A DNA stretch of 64,000 nucleotides from NCBI GenBank assembly GCA_009837355.1, contig VXTR01000075.1:91222-155221 (forward strand), written 5' to 3'. The position numbers and the translations under genes are program-made. This document shows positions 60,043-64,000 of this stretch, piece by piece (positions within the stretch are counted from its first letter, which is position 1; each line of letters starts with the position of its first letter). The notes under the pieces were generated by a model. It made no database searches. It was not told where the DNA came from and saw only the letters and a program-made list of their open reading frames with translations. This DNA is from Chloroflexota bacterium (GTDB taxonomy: Bacteria; Chloroflexota; Dehalococcoidia; Lucifugimonadales; UBA3495).

Positions 60043-60136
60043 ATGCGCTGCCGGGAGAGGCGCGGGTGAAATCCTACCACAACGGCAACTGATGTCGGTG
60101 GGTTCCATTTTCATGGAACGCCGGGCTATCCGGTGT

Positions 60137-60462
60137 TTGACGAGTCCGCCGACTCCGTGATAGATTCTATGCGAAAGACTGTGATGGAGACGAGTAAGCG
60201 GGCTAAAGCGCATTAGCGAGCCTGGTCTGGTGCAAGCAGGCGTGCTGACCCCGCCCAAAATCCCTCCGGAGTCGCCGGCCGAAAGCCGCTGCCCCATAAC
60301 AGCGGTGATTAAGCCCAGGCCGGGTTCGTTGCCCGTTATAAGCGACGGGGCATGATGGTGTCCTTACAGAGTGGTCATTAGCCGCCCTCCACGGGGTTGC
60401 TGTGGCAAATAGGGTGGTACCGCGGATGTTTGTCCGTCCCTATGGGGACGGGCATTTTTTTA
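60137..60462 (+). promoter_or_regulatory. T-box riboswitch leader, including promoter and terminator, controlling ilvB
   Basis: Promoter: TTGACG (60137-60142), 18 nt, TGaTAGATT. Stem I elements: UGAUGGAG, AGUA, the AGCGA bulge and the GGUGCAA distal loop. The T-box sequence AGGGUGGUACCGCGG lies at 60411-60425. The terminator UGUCCGUCCC-UAUG-GGGACGGGCA plus U7 lies at 60431-60461. Confidence 0.85.
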
Positions 60463-60535
60463 TGTCCTCGGGATACTGCCGACACGCCTCGGTTCTGCCG
60501 ATGGCGGAAACCAAAACAGAAGACGGAGATACGCC

Positions 60536-62236
60536 GTGAAGCTCAAAGGCGCTGAGATCATTTGCGAAAGCCTGCTCCGTGAGGGGGTGGACGTATTGTT
60601 CGGCCATCCCGGCGGCGCGATTCTGCCCTTTTACGATGCCCTGTGGAGTTATCCGCAGCTGCGTCACGTCCTGGTGCGGCACGAGCAGTCCGCCGCGCAC
60701 GCTGCCGACGGGTACGCGCGCGTGACGGGCAAGCCCGGCGTATGCGTGGCCACTTCCGGCCCCGGCGCGACCAACCTGATTACCGGGATTATGGGGGCCA
60801 AGGCCGACAGCGTGCCCATGGTGGCCATCACCGGGCAGGTGGCCCGGGCCGCTATGGGCACCGAGGCCTTCCAGGAATGCGACATCTGCAGCATTGCCTC
60901 GGTCTGTACCAAACGCACTTACCTGGTGCTGTCCGCCGCCGATTTGCCAAGGACCATCCGCGAGGCGTTCCGCGTCGCCCAAGAAGGCCGGCCGGGTCCA
61001 GTGCTCATAGACGTTCCTCGGGACGTGCAGTTGGAAGAGGTCGAGTTCGAATACCCGGAAATCCAGACGGCGCCGGAACCAGCCCTCTCCCAAGAAGTTA
61101 TGGAAAACGTCCGTAAGGCGGCGACGCTGATGAACGAAGCGGAGCGTCCGGTCATTGTCGCCGGGCATGGCATTGTCCATTCCGGGGCATTCGAAGAGCT
61201 GCGGGCGTTGGCCGAGGCCAGCGGCATACCGGTCATCAACACCCTGCTGGGGCTGAGCGGTTTCCCCCGCAATCACCCCCAGAGCCTGGGAATGCTGGGG
61301 ATGCACGGCATGTACTGGTGCAACATGGTCGTTGACCAGGCAGACGTGCTCATCGGACTGGGTATGCGGTTTGACGACCGGGTTACGGGTAGAGTGTCGG
61401 GTTTCGCTCCCCACGCCCGGGTCATTCACCTGGACATCGAAGCCACGCAGGTGGGGCGCATCGTGCCGGCGGAAGTGCCGTTGGTGGGCGACGCCAAGCC
61501 CATCCTGCAAGCGCTGCTGCCGCTGGTACGCTGGGCCGAACGCCCGGAGTGGATGGCCTACATCGCTCAGCTCAAGGCGGAGCATCCCTCGTTGGCGATT
61601 CCGAAGTCGGGGGCGCTATTGGCGCAACAGGTGCTGACACAGATGAACGACGTCATCCAAGAGGACGAAGACGCAGTGGTGGTTACCGGAGTCGGCCAGC
61701 ATCAAATGTGGGCGGCGCAGTACTTGTTTCTCAATCAGCCGAACTCTTTCGTAAGCTCCGGGGGGTTGGGCGTGATGGGATTCGAGGTGCCGGCAGCATT
61801 GGGCGCTCAGATGGGGCGGCCCGGCGCCACCGTGTGGTCTGTCGCCGGCGATGGCGGTTTTCAGATGACGCTGCAGGAACTGGTTACCGCAGTCCAGGAG
61901 CGGCTGCCCATCAAAATCGCCCTGTTCAACAACGGCTATCTGGGCATGGTGCGCCAGTGGCAGGAGATGTTCTTCGACGGCCACATCAAGGAAGTCCCCA
62001 TGCCCGGCCCCGACTACGTCAAGCTGGCCAACGCCTACGACATCCCGGCCCTGCGCGTGGAACATCAGGAAGACGTGGCCGATGCCCTCCGCCAGGCCCA
62101 GGAATACGATGGGCCTTTCCTCATCGAGTTCGTAGTGGAACAGGAAACCAACGTCTTCCCCATGGTTCCGCCGGGCGGCTCCCTGGCCGACACCATCGAG
62201 GACCCGCGCACCACACTTGCCGCCCTGCCGGGTTAG
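60536..62236 (+). CDS. ilvB: Acetolactate synthase (acetohydroxyacid synthase) large subunit
   Basis: GTG start after GGAG. Contains KLKGAEIICESLLREGVDVLFGHPGGAILPFYDAL...TSGPGATNLITG...GDGGFQMTLQEL...NNGYLGMVRQWQ. Confidence 0.95.
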   Translation: MKLKGAEIICESLLREGVDVLFGHPGGAILPFYDALWSYPQLRHVLVRHEQSAAHAADGYARVTGKPGVCVATSGPGATNLITGIMGAKADSVPMVAITGQVARAAMGTEAFQECDICSIASVCTKRTYLVLSAADLPRTIREAFRVAQEGRPGPVLIDVPRDVQLEEVEFEYPEIQTAPEPALSQEVMENVRKAATLMNEAERPVIVAGHGIVHSGAFEELRALAEASGIPVINTLLGLSGFPRNHPQSLGMLGMHGMYWCNMVVDQADVLIGLGMRFDDRVTGRVSGFAPHARVIHLDIEATQVGRIVPAEVPLVGDAKPILQALLPLVRWAERPEWMAYIAQLKAEHPSLAIPKSGALLAQQVLTQMNDVIQEDEDAVVVTGVGQHQMWAAQYLFLNQPNSFVSSGGLGVMGFEVPAALGAQMGRPGATVWSVAGDGGFQMTLQELVTAVQERLPIKIALFNNGYLGMVRQWQEMFFDGHIKEVPMPGPDYVKLANAYDIPALRVEHQEDVADALRQAQEYDGPFLIEFVVEQETNVFPMVPPGGSLADTIEDPRTTLAALPG

Positions 62237-62316
62237 TGATAGAAATAGAGCGACTGAAATCCGCGTGTCGTTCCCATTCACCCGAGACGATACGCTCAGG
62301 ACAACTGAGGTGCCTT

Positions 62317-62715
62317 ATGCCGCGGGTCACAATCCAGGAAGCTTCCCGAATCCTGAACGTATCGCAGGACGTGATACGAAAAAACGTCCGCGACGGCAAG
62401 CTCCAAGCGAGCAAGGAAGGCACTCGCTGGATGGTGGACATCCCGGAAAACGCCGAGGAATACTCGGACGACTTCAAGGAAAACATTCATGCCCTGGCGC
62501 GCACGTTGACGCCGTGGTGGTACGACAATCCGCGCCGGGAGGGCCTGGTTCACTACTTGGAAAGCTTGGGAATTGAGGAAGTGGAACCCTTCTTCCTATG
62601 CGGGATGAAGGGTGAGGACATTTGGCCGGCTACCGGGCACGACGGGCGCGATCGGTGCCCGGAGTGCGTCCTGGAAGTTCACGACCAGGGACTGCCCATG
62701 GAAACCCGGGAGTAG
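62317..62715 (+). CDS. Excisionase/MerR-type helix-turn-helix protein with an unknown C-terminal domain
   Basis: This is the tail of the chimeric track ORF 61549..62715. ATG 62317 gives MPRVTIQEASRILNVSQDVIRKNVRDGKLQASKEGTRWMV (HTH_17-like), followed by ...TPWWYDNPRREGLVHYLE...CGMKGEDIW...RCPECV. Confidence 0.55.
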   Translation: MPRVTIQEASRILNVSQDVIRKNVRDGKLQASKEGTRWMVDIPENAEEYSDDFKENIHALARTLTPWWYDNPRREGLVHYLESLGIEEVEPFFLCGMKGEDIWPATGHDGRDRCPECVLEVHDQGLPMETRE

Positions 62716-62730
62716 CGGGGCACGTTAGGT

Positions 62731-63375
62731 TCAGTTCACCCGGTACACCCAAATCTGGTGCATCACGTCCGGCTCACCCTTGGGCAGGGCGGCGAATGGA
62801 TCGCTAACCTCCACCAGACTCCAGGCCCCGCTGTCCACCAAGGCGTCCTGCTGCTCCTTGAAACCCAGCTCAAGGTGCGTATCCGGGCGCAGGCTGAACA
62901 CGATATACCCGCCAGGCTTGGTAACGCGGCACAAGTCCACGAATGAACTGGGGGGCGCGTGCCCGGGCGTAAAGACGCCGGTGCTGATAACTGCGTCGTA
63001 GGTGTCCGTATCGAAGTCCAGAGGTCCGCCCAGGGCCATCTGCTGGAAATCGTTGTAGCAGCCCTTGGCTCGCGCCTCTTCCAGCATTCCTTCCGACAGA
63101 TCCATGGCGCAAATGTCGCTGTACCCCAACCGCTGCAGTTCTACGCCGGCCAGCCCGGTGCCGGCGCCCGCGTCCAGGATTTTGGCGTCTTTGGCTACCC
63201 GGGACGCCAGCGCTTCTGCTCCGCGTACCGGCGCCAGCCAAACGAAGGTGTTTTCCAGGTCGTCATCGTATTCCTTCGCCCACTCGTCGTACCGTTCGGC
63301 GAGTTGTTCGTTGGTGGTGGACGCATAGATCCATTGGACCCGGTCTTCCGAGCTGATATTCCCGACATCCGGCAT
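62731..63375 (-). CDS. Class I SAM-dependent methyltransferase
   Basis: Contains ILDAGAGTGLAGVELQRLGYSDICAMDLSEGML (motif I and post-I) and ...KPGGYIVFSLR. Confidence 0.85.
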   Translation of the reverse strand: MPDVGNISSEDRVQWIYASTTNEQLAERYDEWAKEYDDDLENTFVWLAPVRGAEALASRVAKDAKILDAGAGTGLAGVELQRLGYSDICAMDLSEGMLEEARAKGCYNDFQQMALGGPLDFDTDTYDAVISTGVFTPGHAPPSSFVDLCRVTKPGGYIVFSLRPDTHLELGFKEQQDALVDSGAWSLVEVSDPFAALPKGEPDVMHQIWVYRVN

Positions 63376-63418
63376 ATTGCTTTACGCTCCGTTTCTGATG
63401 CTGTCGTGAACCAGCGAC

Positions 63419-64000
63419 CTATTGCTTGACGCAGAGGTACTGTGCCCAACCCAGCTCTTCGTTGTTGATGGCCTCGACCGTTTTCATATAGGCGTCGGTC
63501 AGGTACTCAAAGCGGTCCTGGTAGCCCTCCGGACCTTCCGCTATGGACGCCAGCCTGGAGAGGTAGGTGTAGCTCTGGGCCAGATGCGGGGACAGGTCCC
63601 GCGCCTGAATCACCCTGAAGCCGGCCTCCCGCAGCGCGTCCATGTAGGAGTAGAAGCTGAAGTCGGTGTCGAACAGCAGGCGGTCGTACACGAATTTGCG
63701 ACCGGCTTCGCTGATGTCGGCGCGCGGTTTGGTGAGATCATCGAAAATCATCACTCCGCCCGGCTGCAAAACTCGGTACGATTCTTCCAGCACCTTCACC
63801 TTGTCCGGCACGTGGTAGATAGTGGCCTGGCTCCAGACGTGGGTGAAGGTTCCTTCGTCGAAAGGCAGGTCGGTTGCTGAGGCTTTTTCAAAGGCCAGCT
63901 TATTTGCCAGCTCCGGCACCTGCGACAAGGACTCGACCGCATTGGCCACCCTAACCCCGCTCAGGTCAATGCCCGTCACATGGGCGCCGCTGTTGCGGCT
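63419..64000 (-). CDS. Class I SAM-dependent methyltransferase; N-terminus beyond the window end
   Basis: The frame stays open to base 64000 (...SRNSGAHVTGIDLSGVRVANA...). DLPFDEGTFTHVWSQATIYHVPDK...LQPGGVMIFDD loosely resembles small-molecule N-methyltransferases of the sarcosine/dimethylglycine type (tentative). Confidence 0.75.
   Translation of the reverse strand, partial: SRNSGAHVTGIDLSGVRVANAVESLSQVPELANKLAFEKASATDLPFDEGTFTHVWSQATIYHVPDKVKVLEESYRVLQPGGVMIFDDLTKPRADISEAGRKFVYDRLLFDTDFSFYSYMDALREAGFRVIQARDLSPHLAQSYTYLSRLASIAEGPEGYQDRFEYLTDAYMKTVEAINNEELGWAQYLCVKQ

Noticed and set aside
60043-60297. N-terminal 85 codons of minus ORF 59440..60297
   Set aside because: This part overlaps the T-box leader and its promoter on the opposite strand and has no protein-like features. 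The ORF was trimmed to ATG 60042.
60440-61585. 381-aa minus-strand ORF
   Set aside because: It is antisense to ilvB and to the T-box terminator. This is a shadow ORF of a high-GC gene.
61549-62715. 388-aa plus-strand ORF spanning the ilvB 3' half and the downstream gene
   Set aside because: The first ~255 codons are an out-of-frame Arg/Gly/Pro-rich read through ilvB. Only the last 132 codons (from ATG 62317, after a plausible RBS region) look like a real protein, the HTH.

Overview
This is a 64-kb, high-GC, densely coding bacterial chromosomal segment. Hand counts give about 65-68% G+C in typical genes. I support about 60 CDS and saw no rRNA, tRNA, CRISPR array or intact transposase. All calls come from reading the translations and the DNA by eye; no database search was possible, and start codons are best guesses. 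Housekeeping genes: dprA-topA, an FmdB-like gene with groES-groEL, a TPP-riboswitch-controlled thiG-thiE-thiS operon, leuCD, pepN, a split metH, a fused accD-accA, tilS, tsaD, a DUF59/Mrp Fe-S pair, and a T-box-controlled ilvB. From about 19.7 to 32.5 kb there is a large CoA-centred catabolic cluster: class I CoA-transferase A/B units including a B-A fusion, two crotonases, a PHP phosphoesterase, an acyl-CoA ligase, a ketopantoate-reductase-like gene, a ThDP enzyme and two CaiB/BaiF class III CoA-transferases. Two acyl-CoA dehydrogenases lie further on. The gene content (T-box on ilvB, split MetH, many CoA-transferases and crotonases) resembles Chloroflexota-type heterotrophs, but that is only a guess. 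The most unusual items are these. (1) A ~1.4-kb low-GC islet (48.4-49.9 kb) has a ribbon-helix-helix protein behind a promoter-overlapping inverted-repeat operator, a small basic Cys/His protein, and three 10-bp tandem repeats upstream. (2) A translationally coupled Ppx/GppA gene is followed by two thymidylate-kinase-like paralogs, the second with a Lys-to-Arg Walker A. (3) A CoA-transferase A-(B'::A)-B arrangement has a fused B' half that lacks the catalytic Glu. (4) A 570-bp low-GC spacer (9.2-9.8 kb) has an orphan intrinsic terminator and a perfect TTGACA/TATAAT promoter but no convincing gene. (5) An excisionase-type HTH gene sits where ilvN would normally follow ilvB. None of these can be called a new system from sequence alone.
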